Below, piece after piece: positions 34,015 to 43,263 of a stretch of DNA of 44,754 nt. The number at the start of each line of letters is the position of its first letter. Position 1 is the first letter of the stretch. The stretch comes from an uncultured Bacteroidales bacterium (GTDB taxonomy: Bacteria > Bacteroidota > Bacteroidia > Bacteroidales > Paludibacteraceae). The stretch spans positions 1-44,754 of the forward strand of contig CALAUY010000049.1 of the NCBI GenBank assembly GCA_937892015.1, given 5' to 3'. The translations under genes and the position numbers were made by a program. A model generated the notes under the pieces. It ran no database searches, had not been told where the DNA came from, and saw only the letters and a list, made by a program, of their open reading frames with translations.

Positions 34015-35544
34015 TCAGTTATACGAGGTGGAGTTCGATGTTGAGGTGTTTGAGTTGTGAGGAGAGTCCGGCAGGGGTGTTTTTTCGGGATGAAGTCGGA
34101 AGAGAACTGTATCTTTGCCGTTCACGGACCCGAATCCGGTGAAATGTGTGCTGTCGTAGTGGAAACTGTCGAAGATGAAGTCGGTGCGAAAAGTCTCTTC
34201 CCGCAGTGCATAGACAGCGTGTTTGCCATCGGGTCGCTCCACGTAGGCGAAATTGTGGTGCAGGCGTATCTTGGTGAACACGCACGGCAATAGATGAAAG
34301 CGTTCGTACGCCTTGAGTCCAACCCCCTCTTCGGTCCGTACAATGCGAAAATCCGGCACATCTTCCGGCGCGGCAAGATACTCTTCGATGAGGTGTGTCG
34401 GCAGTTCTTTGGCGCAGAAACGCCGCAATTGCCACTGTTTATCAATCGGCAACCATATCTTGAGTTTGCGTCGAGGCGAGTCGGGCGGGACACGTAGTAG
34501 CCGAGCATGGTTGTAAAAAACCGTCCGAACACGTTCGCGGTTGCAGTTAAGCGTGTTGATAAACCGCAGATTAGGGAATCGCTCGGCCAGATAGAGTGCA
34601 ATGCCGTACGTGATACATAAGTTGCGGCATACCCCGCCTCGCAGTCTATAATGGTTTTGCGCCAGAAGTCGATGATACATGGACGGCGTCACCACACGCA
34701 CATGCAGTTGTGGCGACACGTGATAGTGTCGGCCGACCATGAGTGTGCCGGCATGCCGCGCAGCTATCCATGGGGCATGTTCACGCAAGTAGGCGTTCAG
34801 CGGCTTTGCGTTGCGCCCATCGAAACGTATCACCCGTGTCCGCTTGTTCCCCTCACGGCGATAAAGGGTGAAGCGGTGGCAATGCCACACATTGAACCTC
34901 AAGGCATGTTGCAACGTCTGCACGCCGAAAGACCATCCCCGCACATCCGGCCAACGCGCCCGGCTCTTCGTTGGCCTGAACACCCGCGGCGCTATAGGTT
35001 GCCGCTCGGGCAAACAGAAAAATTTCTCGCGTATCTCTTCGGGAATCTCCGCCGCTTCGTGCTCTATGAGGTCACTGCAGACTAGGTCGAACAGCTCTTC
35101 AGCGATGGACTGCAACCGTAAACCGTCCCATTGCTGCGCGCGATGAGTAGTGAGCAGATAATGCGAACGAAACCCGTCCTCGAAGATGATATGATGAAAA
35201 CTGACCTGTATGCCGGCTATTCGAAAATAGGCAATATCCCCTTTCGAATCATAGAAGACAGCGATGTGCTCGTAACGTTCGCCGTGCGTGGTGATATGCT
35301 GAAACAGCTTGCCCGCATAGCCCTTGATGAACGCGTAGCTCACAACTTCAGGCCCTTCGGGCAACTTGACGAAAGCGTTGAGCAGATTCAGGCAAACCAG
35401 CAAGCGTAACACATCCTCCTCGCCGGCAGGCGGCCAGGTGTGCCAAACGAAATAACATGCCATCAGCGCATGCTGACGCGGGATGGGGGCACGTGGAGTG
35501 GACGCGTCAGCGTATATGTCTCTTACTCTCGCCCCAATGTGCAA
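34015..35544 (-). CDS. orphan hypothetical protein, Arg/His-rich, about 480-509 aa, no recognisable domain
   Basis: Long uninterrupted ORF with no signal peptide or TM helix. The track start (35544) is TTG; the first ATG is at 35463 (MACYFVWHTW...). The C-terminus is a low-complexity tail, PHNSNTSTSNSTSYN. A comM terminator upstream implies this gene is transcribed on its own. Confidence 0.5.
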   Translation of the reverse strand: MHIGARVRDIYADASTPRAPIPRQHALMACYFVWHTWPPAGEEDVLRLLVCLNLLNAFVKLPEGPEVVSYAFIKGYAGKLFQHITTHGERYEHIAVFYDSKGDIAYFRIAGIQVSFHHIIFEDGFRSHYLLTTHRAQQWDGLRLQSIAEELFDLVCSDLIEHEAAEIPEEIREKFFCLPERQPIAPRVFRPTKSRARWPDVRGWSFGVQTLQHALRFNVWHCHRFTLYRREGNKRTRVIRFDGRNAKPLNAYLREHAPWIAARHAGTLMVGRHYHVSPQLHVRVVTPSMYHRLLAQNHYRLRGGVCRNLCITYGIALYLAERFPNLRFINTLNCNRERVRTVFYNHARLLRVPPDSPRRKLKIWLPIDKQWQLRRFCAKELPTHLIEEYLAAPEDVPDFRIVRTEEGVGLKAYERFHLLPCVFTKIRLHHNFAYVERPDGKHAVYALREETFRTDFIFDSFHYDSTHFTGFGSVNGKDTVLFRLHPEKTPLPDSPHNSNTSTSNSTSYN

Positions 35545-35584
35545 GTCCGTAAATATGTTTTTTTAGTTAGTTGATTGTCAGTAC

Positions 35585-35624
35585 ATAAAAAAGAGGCGCA
35601 ACGTTTACAGCCATTGCGCCTCTT
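35585..35624 (-). terminator. rho-independent terminator of comM/yifB; the loop contains its stop codon
   Basis: AAGAGGCGCAA (35591-35601) pairs with TTGCGCCTCTT (35614-35624) in an 11-bp stem. On the - strand the hairpin is followed by TTTTTTAT. Confidence 0.7.
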
Positions 35625-37167
35625 TGTCAAGTTCGCGGTACGAGATAGCTTCGCGAAGATGGTTGGCGGAGATGTCGGTTGCACCCTCAAGGTCGGCAAT
35701 GGTGCGACTGACCTTTAGAATACGGTCGTACGCGCGCGCGGAGAGTCCCAAGCGGGTCATTGCCATCTCGAGCATCGATTCAGAAGCCTCATCCAGATGG
35801 CAGTACTTGCGCAGCAGTCGGGAGGTCATCTGGGCATTGCAGTGGATGTTCTCTACGTCTGCAAACCGCTCGGATTGTATCTTGCGGGCTGCGAGCACAC
35901 GAGCGCGAATAGCAGCCGACGGTTCGCCGGGTTCGGCTTTCTGTAGTTCAGCGAACGGCACAGCCTGAATAGGCACTTGCAAATCGATACGGTCGAGCAA
36001 TGGTCCGCTGATGCGTGACAAATAGCGGTGTACAGCCGCAGGCGAGCAGGTGCAGGTGTGCGTGGGGTCACCGAAATGTCCGCATGGGCAGGGGTTCATG
36101 GCCGCTACCAGCATGAATCCCGCCGGATACTCAACCCCCATCTTCGCCCGCGTGACGGTAATCTTGCGGTCCTCAAGCGGTTGACGCATCACCTCTAATG
36201 CCGACCGTTTGTATTCGGGCAACTCGTCCAAGAACAGAACGCCATTATGTGCCAACGAGATTTCTCCCGGGTGCGGGTTAATGCCGCCACCCACGAGTGC
36301 CACGTCCGTGATAGTGTGGTGCGGTGAGCGGAACGGTCGTTGCGTGATGAGTGCAGTCTCAAGACCCGACGATACCCCGCGTCGCTTGCACATCAGGCCC
36401 GCCACGGAGTGTATCTTCGTTGTTTCCAGTGCCTCGTCAAGCGTGAGCGGAGGAAGGATAGATGGCAACCGTTTGGCCATCATCGATTTGCCCGCCCCCG
36501 GAGGCCCGACCATGATGATATTGTGTCCTCCGGCCGCTGCTACCTCTAAAGCCCGCCGCACGTTCTCTTGTCCACGCACATCCGAGAAATCGAGGTCTTC
36601 AGGAAAAGCATGTCGGCTAAACTCGGCATCGATATCCACCACCGTCGGTTCGACCGGCAACTCGTCGTTGAGGAAAGCAATCACCTCCTTGATGTTATTC
36701 ATACCCAGCACTTCCAGCCCTTTCACCACCGCTGCTTCGTGCGTGTTCTCCATCGGCAGAATCATGCCCTTGAACCCCTCTCTCCGCGCGCAAAGAGCCA
36801 TCGGTAGCACGCCCCGTACGGGTTGCAGACTGCCGTCTAACGACAACTCGCCCATTATCAGGTAATGGGGCAGTTTGGTGGTATGCACCTTCTCGTCCGC
36901 TGCCAAGATGCCGATGGCCAGCGGCAAGTCGTACGCGGCCCCCTCTTTGCGGATGTCGGCAGGCGCCATGTTGATAACCAGCGAACAATGGGGAAAACTT
37001 GCGCCTGAATGAATCAGCGCGGACGAGATACGGTCGCGGCTCTCTTTGACGGAACTGTCCGGCAGTCCGACAAGCGTAAAATCAACGCCACGAGACGAAC
37101 TGACCTCCACTGTGATGGGAACGGCATCGATACCTAATACTGCTGATGCGAATGTCTTTACGAGCAT
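35605..37167 (-). CDS. comM: YifB/ComM family Mg-chelatase-like AAA+ ATPase
   Basis: 520 aa. Lon-protease-like N-terminal domain (YDLPLAIGILAA), Walker A VGPPGAGKSM, Walker B VLFLDELPE, and the C-terminal Mg_chelatase_C region. Confidence 0.9.
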   Translation of the reverse strand: MLVKTFASAVLGIDAVPITVEVSSSRGVDFTLVGLPDSSVKESRDRISSALIHSGASFPHCSLVINMAPADIRKEGAAYDLPLAIGILAADEKVHTTKLPHYLIMGELSLDGSLQPVRGVLPMALCARREGFKGMILPMENTHEAAVVKGLEVLGMNNIKEVIAFLNDELPVEPTVVDIDAEFSRHAFPEDLDFSDVRGQENVRRALEVAAAGGHNIIMVGPPGAGKSMMAKRLPSILPPLTLDEALETTKIHSVAGLMCKRRGVSSGLETALITQRPFRSPHHTITDVALVGGGINPHPGEISLAHNGVLFLDELPEYKRSALEVMRQPLEDRKITVTRAKMGVEYPAGFMLVAAMNPCPCGHFGDPTHTCTCSPAAVHRYLSRISGPLLDRIDLQVPIQAVPFAELQKAEPGEPSAAIRARVLAARKIQSERFADVENIHCNAQMTSRLLRKYCHLDEASESMLEMAMTRLGLSARAYDRILKVSRTIADLEGATDISANHLREAISYRELDKEAQWL

Positions 37168-37190
37168 GGTTATGTCTGTTTAAATGAATA

Positions 37191-40100
37191 TCACGGACTT
37201 ACGTCTTTGTTGGTGCTGTCTTTGCGCTGCTGTGAGGGCCAATTGAAATCGTGCTTGAACACCAAGCCGAGTCCTTGCACCGTGTTCGCTTGGCGCAACG
37301 AATATTTGTCCACCGTATGGGTGTACGCCTTGGCGCGCAGTTTGCCATCGCGGGTGAGCATGTACTCTACATCCAGATTGCCGAAAATGGGATGGTTTGA
37401 GATGTCGTTGTACCGGTAACCGAAATTGCCGTTTATGAGCAGTCCGCGAACGGGATGAATCTCAAACTGCGCCTCGTATTCTTGCGAAGCGTCCGAGCCA
37501 CTTCCATCTGAACGGATATTAAAGCCGAGCGTAAACGCATTGGTAATCTTGCCGAGCCAGTTGTTAATCTGCCCCGTCAACGTAGAGGAGATGATGGAGA
37601 ACGTCTCGTTGACGCCAACCAAGTTGCTGTTCTGTAGATACTCGGGTGTGTAGAACCGACCAAAGACGAGCAGATACAGCACTTGTCGGGTAATCATATC
37701 TTCGGTGTTGATGATGGAGCGCACTTGGGATGCCACCGTTTCGTCGGACGATGGCAGGTCGATACCGAAATGAATAATCGGGTTCGGTAGTTCGCTCGAT
37801 AGTTTCAGTACGCAATCGACCGGTACGGAGCTGCGGTTGGTATATAGCTGCGAAGCATCGGAACCAAAGAGGTCTCGCAGCGATGCCGTCAGGTGGTACA
37901 ACGCTGTGGCATCGAGTATAGGCGAGACAGGGTCGCCCTGCCATGTGACTGTCGAGCCGGCAGCTATCTCGAACTCGCGGCGGATAACATTTTGGAACGT
38001 GAAGGAGAAAGTGCCTGCAGCAAGAGTGTAGTTGCCGAACATCGTGCATCCGTCGGCAGTACTGTACGACAACCGCAGATTGCCCTCACCGCGCCCTCTC
38101 AGCTGGTCGCCCGTTCGTGGGTCAATCACCACCCGTGCGAGGATGTCCGGCGTGGCATCTATCAGAAGGTTGAGGTTGAGTGCGAAAGGTGCCTCGCTGC
38201 CGGTGGGGACTGCTACCTGTACCTCTTCCGGAGCTGTATGGTCCACGAACTGCACAAAATCCGATGACGAGGCAGAGGATGCACCACCCGCCATGATGAC
38301 CACAGTGGAGCCGGGGGCTGTAGTGGCCACGGCATCTATGCGGCAACCGTATTGGTCACCGTCTATCTGCACGTCACCGGTCGCGTAAATCTTGCCCGAA
38401 TAGAGCTCGTTGGGCGATTCGGGCAGATTGAGTACCATTGCTTTGTCGGCGTGGATATCCACGTGGTACGCAAGGTCATCGAACTGCCCGTTGTGCGTCA
38501 CACGCCCCTCCAGCACCACGGGATTGCCGTCAGCATCATGGAGTGTCTGACGCGGGATGCGGATAGTGGTGGCCTCCAAGATGACCGAATCCGACAACGT
38601 ATAGCGCGTGCCCGTATATGGAACGGTAAAACTAAGGTCGTTCCCTTTCGCGTTGACGAGTACCTGTACGGTTGGCTCTCGTTCTTGCGGCATACGATGG
38701 GCATAGATATGCACATCTCCGGAAGCGCGCCCACCGATATCTTCCGCGAAACTACGAACCCAAAAGCCGATAAACCCCGCACGCACAGAGTCGGGATAGA
38801 CGTGCAGTTCCCATGCATGGTTAGGTCCGCCTATGTCGCCATTGACCGTCACCACTTGGCGCTGACGGCTGCCGGTTGTGTCGGTTATGTTCTCCAGACA
38901 TTCGCCCTCAATGAGCACGTGCCCGCGATGGTCCAGCGAAGCTGTGGCGTAGAGGTCACCAATCTCCGAGTCGTTAATCTTGGCTTTCTTCATCGCCAAG
39001 TCGGCCTCAAAGACGGGCTGAGCGAAGATGCCGTATGCAGTGGCCCATCCGGTGGCTGTGCCACCGAAAGAGATAGCGTTATGCACGTCAGTGAAAGCGC
39101 CTAACAAATAATCGAGGTCGATGCTCTGCAGTTCGATGCGGATAGAGTCGGAGAGGTGCGTTGATGCCACTCCGTGCAAGCGGATGAACTGCGACAAACT
39201 ATGCAGCGAGAAATCGTTCACCAGCACGGCCGTGTCGGCTGCTGTATAGGTGATGCTCGACTCTTCCATCCTCCACAGCGAGTCGCCCAAGATAATGTCT
39301 GTGGGGCGAATATGCAGATTCACCAGCGGCAGACCGGCATATTGGCGGAAAACAGCCGAGAGGTTGAGCGCACCGGCATTGTGGATAGTATCGACGTTGC
39401 TCCAGTTGAAAGCCATGTCGAGCGAGTCATTTACTGCATGCGAACTGAGGAAGAACTTCATGTCACCCAGATGTTCTGCGGAGATGGTGTAGCCGTGATG
39501 CAGGAAAGCAGCGAGCGAGAGGTTGAGCCGTTCGTCGATATTGTCGAAATTGAGCGATATATTTTCCAGATGCTGTGTTTCCGTTCGCATATCAGGCACT
39601 ACAGCCTGGAGATTGAGTTGGGCTGTCGATTCGTGGATGAACCCCTTGATAATGGGTACTTCGTCGAACAGTACCGGCAACTCCAACACCGAGAAAAGGC
39701 CGGAGAGGTCACGGAAATAGACGTAAAAATCCGCGTCGTTGCGCGTCTTGGTAGCCATCAGTTGCTTGCGTGAGGCGGCAGGTACAGCTTGCGGGATATA
39801 GCGCAGCACAAACTTCTTCATCGTTGTAGCGAGCGTGCTGAGTTTGTACGTGCCGGCAAAAGAGGCGTTCATATAGTCGGACTGCAGGCGGATAGCGTCG
39901 GGTGCTGTGGCCGGTCCATCGTGTGAAGCGGTCAGTTCCAGCGACTGCATGCGGGCAGTCTTACCGGCATGCGTAAACGACAACGTGTCAATGTTCAGCG
40001 CACCGGAGAAAGCATCGACCGAGCCCGCTGAGGCTTGCATGCGCAACCCAAAACGCAAGTCCGAATCGGCATATTTGTCCGACAGATGCAACTCGCCGAG

Positions 40101-41708
40101 TCGCAGATGATGGCAGAGTAACGTGCAGTCGAAAGCCGGCACAGATGACGACATGTCAATCGTACCGCCAAACGCCAGGCTGAGGTTCGGGTCATCGGAA
40201 CGGATCTTGCCGCGGAAGATGTTGTTGCGGAAATTACCATCGAGGACGAGGTCTCTATAATCATAGCCGCGGAAGTGCAGACTCTCCACTTTGGCCAGCA
40301 CATCACCACGGAAAGGGGCATCATCGGTCAGTCGTCCGTTGACGTGCACGGAGAGCGAGGCTGCTCCAAGTTCTCGCGAGTCGAACATCTTGCCGAGCTG
40401 AAAACGTCGAGTGGCAATATCGCCTGTAAAAGCCAACGTAGAGAACGTACTGTCCGTTTGCGCGCTGCCATTCGTGGTGATGTTGCCCAGCGCCGAAGTG
40501 AAAACGCCATGCAACGTGAGGTCACGTAGCTGCCCCACAACGCTGCCGCGATAATGCATGTCGCCCAGTCGTGACACCGGACCGGAGAGCCGGAACGGTT
40601 TACCTTTGAGTCCGGAGATGAGGTCTTGCAGCAACGCTTTATTGACGAACAGGTCCTGACATTCGGCTTTCCAGTACGTGGCATCGAGGTTGGGTAGTCC
40701 GTTGGCCGTGACATCGCCTAACAGCAACCGCTGGTCGTTGTAGCTGAGCGTCAGTTCGGCCGCATGCAGTGAATCGACACGTCCCACGAGATGCGCTTTC
40801 ACATCGACATACCCGCGAAAAGTGCGCAACTTAGGGATGAACAGCGACAAATCGGACGGCGTGAGATGGGCCTCGTCCATGCGGAACGAGACGGCCGATG
40901 AGGGCTCTACGAAGGTGGAATCGCCCAGTGCGAGACTCATGTCTGTTGCCCGGATGCGCGATGCGGGCAAGGCGGCATACACTTCCGGCAGATACAACCG
41001 CGACGGAGTCAGGATGACCCGACCACGGAAATCCTCTAACCGAAAGATGTCGGCATCCGGACTCAGCACGCCCCCACCCGACAGCGACCTATCGCAATGC
41101 CGCATCGTCAGTGCCAACCGGTCAACGCCCGCATCTAATGAGTCAATGGAGAAATGGTTGAGCCCGAACTTCGAGTCGGTGATGTTCAGCAGCCAGTCGT
41201 TGAACTGAATCTTCGCGTCTCGCAACCCGACATTCTTCACCTCTAAACGCAGGCGGAACGGCCTCTTTTCTTGCTCTTCTTTGTGGAAAGCATCGATGAG
41301 GAACCGGTAGTTCATCACCGAATCGACATCGAGGCTGTCGGTCTCACGAAAGACCGTGTGGGCATATAGCCGCACGTGCGCCAAATCGACTTGCCGAAAC
41401 GCAATCATATCGTCTCGCACGAACGCCCCGAGGTCAAAGCGTGCGTCTAACGTATCGACAAAAAGGAGGGTATCGCCCAGTTGGTCCTCCACCATCACGC
41501 CGCGGATGAGGAGTCGGTTGGGAAAAGAGTAATCGACTTGGTCGACGTGTGCGTGCGTGTCGAGCGAAGTCTCCAAACGTCGCATCACAGCACCCACAGC
41601 AGCCGTCTGTACGCGACTGGACTGTGCCACAGCAAACAGTACTGCAGCCACCATCAGCACACAGCCGGCAACAATACCAATAGATGCTATGACACGGCGC
41701 AAGTGCAT
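37191..41708 (-). CDS. tamB: translocation and assembly module protein TamB (DUF490 family)
   Basis: 1505 aa with a single N-terminal TM anchor (IASIGIVAGCVLMVAAVLFAVA). Long beta-rich body and a C-terminal DUF490-like end (...GNFGYRYNDISNHPIFGNLDVEYMLTRDGKLRAKAY). Size and layout are typical of Bacteroidota TamB. Confidence 0.8.
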   Translation of the reverse strand: MHLRRVIASIGIVAGCVLMVAAVLFAVAQSSRVQTAAVGAVMRRLETSLDTHAHVDQVDYSFPNRLLIRGVMVEDQLGDTLLFVDTLDARFDLGAFVRDDMIAFRQVDLAHVRLYAHTVFRETDSLDVDSVMNYRFLIDAFHKEEQEKRPFRLRLEVKNVGLRDAKIQFNDWLLNITDSKFGLNHFSIDSLDAGVDRLALTMRHCDRSLSGGGVLSPDADIFRLEDFRGRVILTPSRLYLPEVYAALPASRIRATDMSLALGDSTFVEPSSAVSFRMDEAHLTPSDLSLFIPKLRTFRGYVDVKAHLVGRVDSLHAAELTLSYNDQRLLLGDVTANGLPNLDATYWKAECQDLFVNKALLQDLISGLKGKPFRLSGPVSRLGDMHYRGSVVGQLRDLTLHGVFTSALGNITTNGSAQTDSTFSTLAFTGDIATRRFQLGKMFDSRELGAASLSVHVNGRLTDDAPFRGDVLAKVESLHFRGYDYRDLVLDGNFRNNIFRGKIRSDDPNLSLAFGGTIDMSSSVPAFDCTLLCHHLRLGELHLSDKYADSDLRFGLRMQASAGSVDAFSGALNIDTLSFTHAGKTARMQSLELTASHDGPATAPDAIRLQSDYMNASFAGTYKLSTLATTMKKFVLRYIPQAVPAASRKQLMATKTRNDADFYVYFRDLSGLFSVLELPVLFDEVPIIKGFIHESTAQLNLQAVVPDMRTETQHLENISLNFDNIDERLNLSLAAFLHHGYTISAEHLGDMKFFLSSHAVNDSLDMAFNWSNVDTIHNAGALNLSAVFRQYAGLPLVNLHIRPTDIILGDSLWRMEESSITYTAADTAVLVNDFSLHSLSQFIRLHGVASTHLSDSIRIELQSIDLDYLLGAFTDVHNAISFGGTATGWATAYGIFAQPVFEADLAMKKAKINDSEIGDLYATASLDHRGHVLIEGECLENITDTTGSRQRQVVTVNGDIGGPNHAWELHVYPDSVRAGFIGFWVRSFAEDIGGRASGDVHIYAHRMPQEREPTVQVLVNAKGNDLSFTVPYTGTRYTLSDSVILEATTIRIPRQTLHDADGNPVVLEGRVTHNGQFDDLAYHVDIHADKAMVLNLPESPNELYSGKIYATGDVQIDGDQYGCRIDAVATTAPGSTVVIMAGGASSASSSDFVQFVDHTAPEEVQVAVPTGSEAPFALNLNLLIDATPDILARVVIDPRTGDQLRGRGEGNLRLSYSTADGCTMFGNYTLAAGTFSFTFQNVIRREFEIAAGSTVTWQGDPVSPILDATALYHLTASLRDLFGSDASQLYTNRSSVPVDCVLKLSSELPNPIIHFGIDLPSSDETVASQVRSIINTEDMITRQVLYLLVFGRFYTPEYLQNSNLVGVNETFSIISSTLTGQINNWLGKITNAFTLGFNIRSDGSGSDASQEYEAQFEIHPVRGLLINGNFGYRYNDISNHPIFGNLDVEYMLTRDGKLRAKAYTHTVDKYSLRQANTVQGLGLVFKHDFNWPSQQRKDSTNKDVSP

Positions 41709-43258
41709 TATGCGTTCATCAACTTACGGAACAGCACTTTCATGTCGGTCGCTTTGCGGATAATCTCGTGCAGGTCGTCTATCTTCACGCGATCTTGCTC
41801 CATCGAGTCGCGATAACGGATAGTGACGCTACCGTCAGTGAGCGTGTCGTGATCGACCGTGATGCAGAAAGGCGTGCCGATTGCGTCTTGCCGACGATAA
41901 CGTTTGCCGATAGAGTCTTTCTCGTCGTACGTGGTCTTGAAGTCGAACTTCAGGAGGTCTTGTATCTCGCGAGCTTTCTCCGGCAGTCCATCTTTGCGGA
42001 CCAGCGGCATAACGCACGCCTTGACGGGAGCGAGCACCGGCGGCAAGCCCAGCACCACACGTGTGTCACCGCCCTCCAGTGCTTCCTCGCGATATGCGCC
42101 GCAGAGGATAGACAGGAACATACGATCCACGCCGATGGAGGTCTCAATCACGTACGGCGTATAGGATGTGTTAGTCTCGGGGTCGAAATACTCAATCTTC
42201 TTGCCCGAATACTTGGCGTGCTGCGAGAGGTCGAAATTAGTGCGGCTGTGGATGCCCTCCACCTCCTTGAAGCCGAACGGCATCTGGAACTCGATGTCGG
42301 TGGCGGCATTGGCGTAATGTGCCAGTTTCTCGTGGTCGTGGAAACGATACTTATCATCGCCCAGCCCGAGGGCTTTGTGCCAACGCAGACGGAACTGTTT
42401 CCAGTGCTCGAACCAATCGAGTTCGGTACCGGGTTTGATGAAGAACTGCATCTCCATCTGCTCAAACTCTCTCATGCGGAAAATGAACTGTCGGGCCACT
42501 ATCTCGTTGCGGAACGCTTTACCAATCTGGGCAATACCGAACGGCAGCTTCATGCGACCGGTCTTCTGGACGTTCAGGTAGTTGACGAAGATGCCCTGTG
42601 CCGTCTCGGGACGAAGATAGACCCGCATAGCGCCATCGGCTGTTGAGCCCATCTCGGTGGAGAACATGAGGTTGAACTGACGCACATCGGTCCAGTTGCG
42701 TGTGCCGCTGATGGGGCAAACAATCTCCTCATCGACGATAATCTGTTTCAGTTCGGCAAGGTCCATCTTGTTCATCGCATCCGAATAGCGCTGATGGAGT
42801 GCATCGAGATGCGCTTGGTGTTCCATCACGCGGACGTTGGTGGAGCGAAACTGTGCCTCGTCGAACGCGTCACCGAAACGTTTGCGGGCTTTATCTATCT
42901 CCTTCTGGATTTTGTCCTCGATTTTCGCCAACTGCTCCTCAATGAGTACGTCGGCACGATAGCGTTTCTTGGAGTCGCGGTTGTCAATGAGCGGGTCATT
43001 GAATGCGTCCACGTGCCCGGACGCTTTCCATACGGTCGGGTGCATGAAAATAGCGGCATCAATGCCCACGATATTCTCGTGCAGCAGCGTCATCGAATCC
43101 CACCAATAGCGCTTGATGTTGTTCTTCAGTTCCACACCATTTTGTCCGTAGTCGTACACTGCCGCCAACCCATCGTATATCTCCGATGAGGGGAAGACGA
43201 AACCGTATTCCTTGCAGTGCGCTACAATCTTCTTAAATGTTTCTTCTTGAGTTGCCAT
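41708..43258 (-). CDS. glyQS: glycine--tRNA ligase (homodimeric class II, GlyQS type)
   Basis: 516 aa. N-terminus FKKIVAHCKEYGFVFPSSEIYDGLAAVYDYGQNGVELKNNIKRYWW. Class II motifs FRNE...R..REFEQME and SIGVDR. Confidence 0.95.
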   Translation of the reverse strand: MATQEETFKKIVAHCKEYGFVFPSSEIYDGLAAVYDYGQNGVELKNNIKRYWWDSMTLLHENIVGIDAAIFMHPTVWKASGHVDAFNDPLIDNRDSKKRYRADVLIEEQLAKIEDKIQKEIDKARKRFGDAFDEAQFRSTNVRVMEHQAHLDALHQRYSDAMNKMDLAELKQIIVDEEIVCPISGTRNWTDVRQFNLMFSTEMGSTADGAMRVYLRPETAQGIFVNYLNVQKTGRMKLPFGIAQIGKAFRNEIVARQFIFRMREFEQMEMQFFIKPGTELDWFEHWKQFRLRWHKALGLGDDKYRFHDHEKLAHYANAATDIEFQMPFGFKEVEGIHSRTNFDLSQHAKYSGKKIEYFDPETNTSYTPYVIETSIGVDRMFLSILCGAYREEALEGGDTRVVLGLPPVLAPVKACVMPLVRKDGLPEKAREIQDLLKFDFKTTYDEKDSIGKRYRRQDAIGTPFCITVDHDTLTDGSVTIRYRDSMEQDRVKIDDLHEIIRKATDMKVLFRKLMNA

Positions 43259-43263
43259 ATTTA

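Noticed and set aside
1006-42646. Many long antisense or shadow ORFs in the track, for example 1006..1560, 2486..3439, 7352..7957, 9142..9696, 10281..10991, 12735..13580, 18293..18967, 24559..25179, 26639..27409, 29310..30119, 32425..33294, 36209..36865, 38352..39104, 41768..42646.
   Set aside because: Each lies wholly inside, and opposite or out of frame to, a gene with strong family signatures. They have Arg/His/Val/Gly-heavy composition typical of antisense frames in GC3-rich genes, and they lack signal, promoter or motif support.
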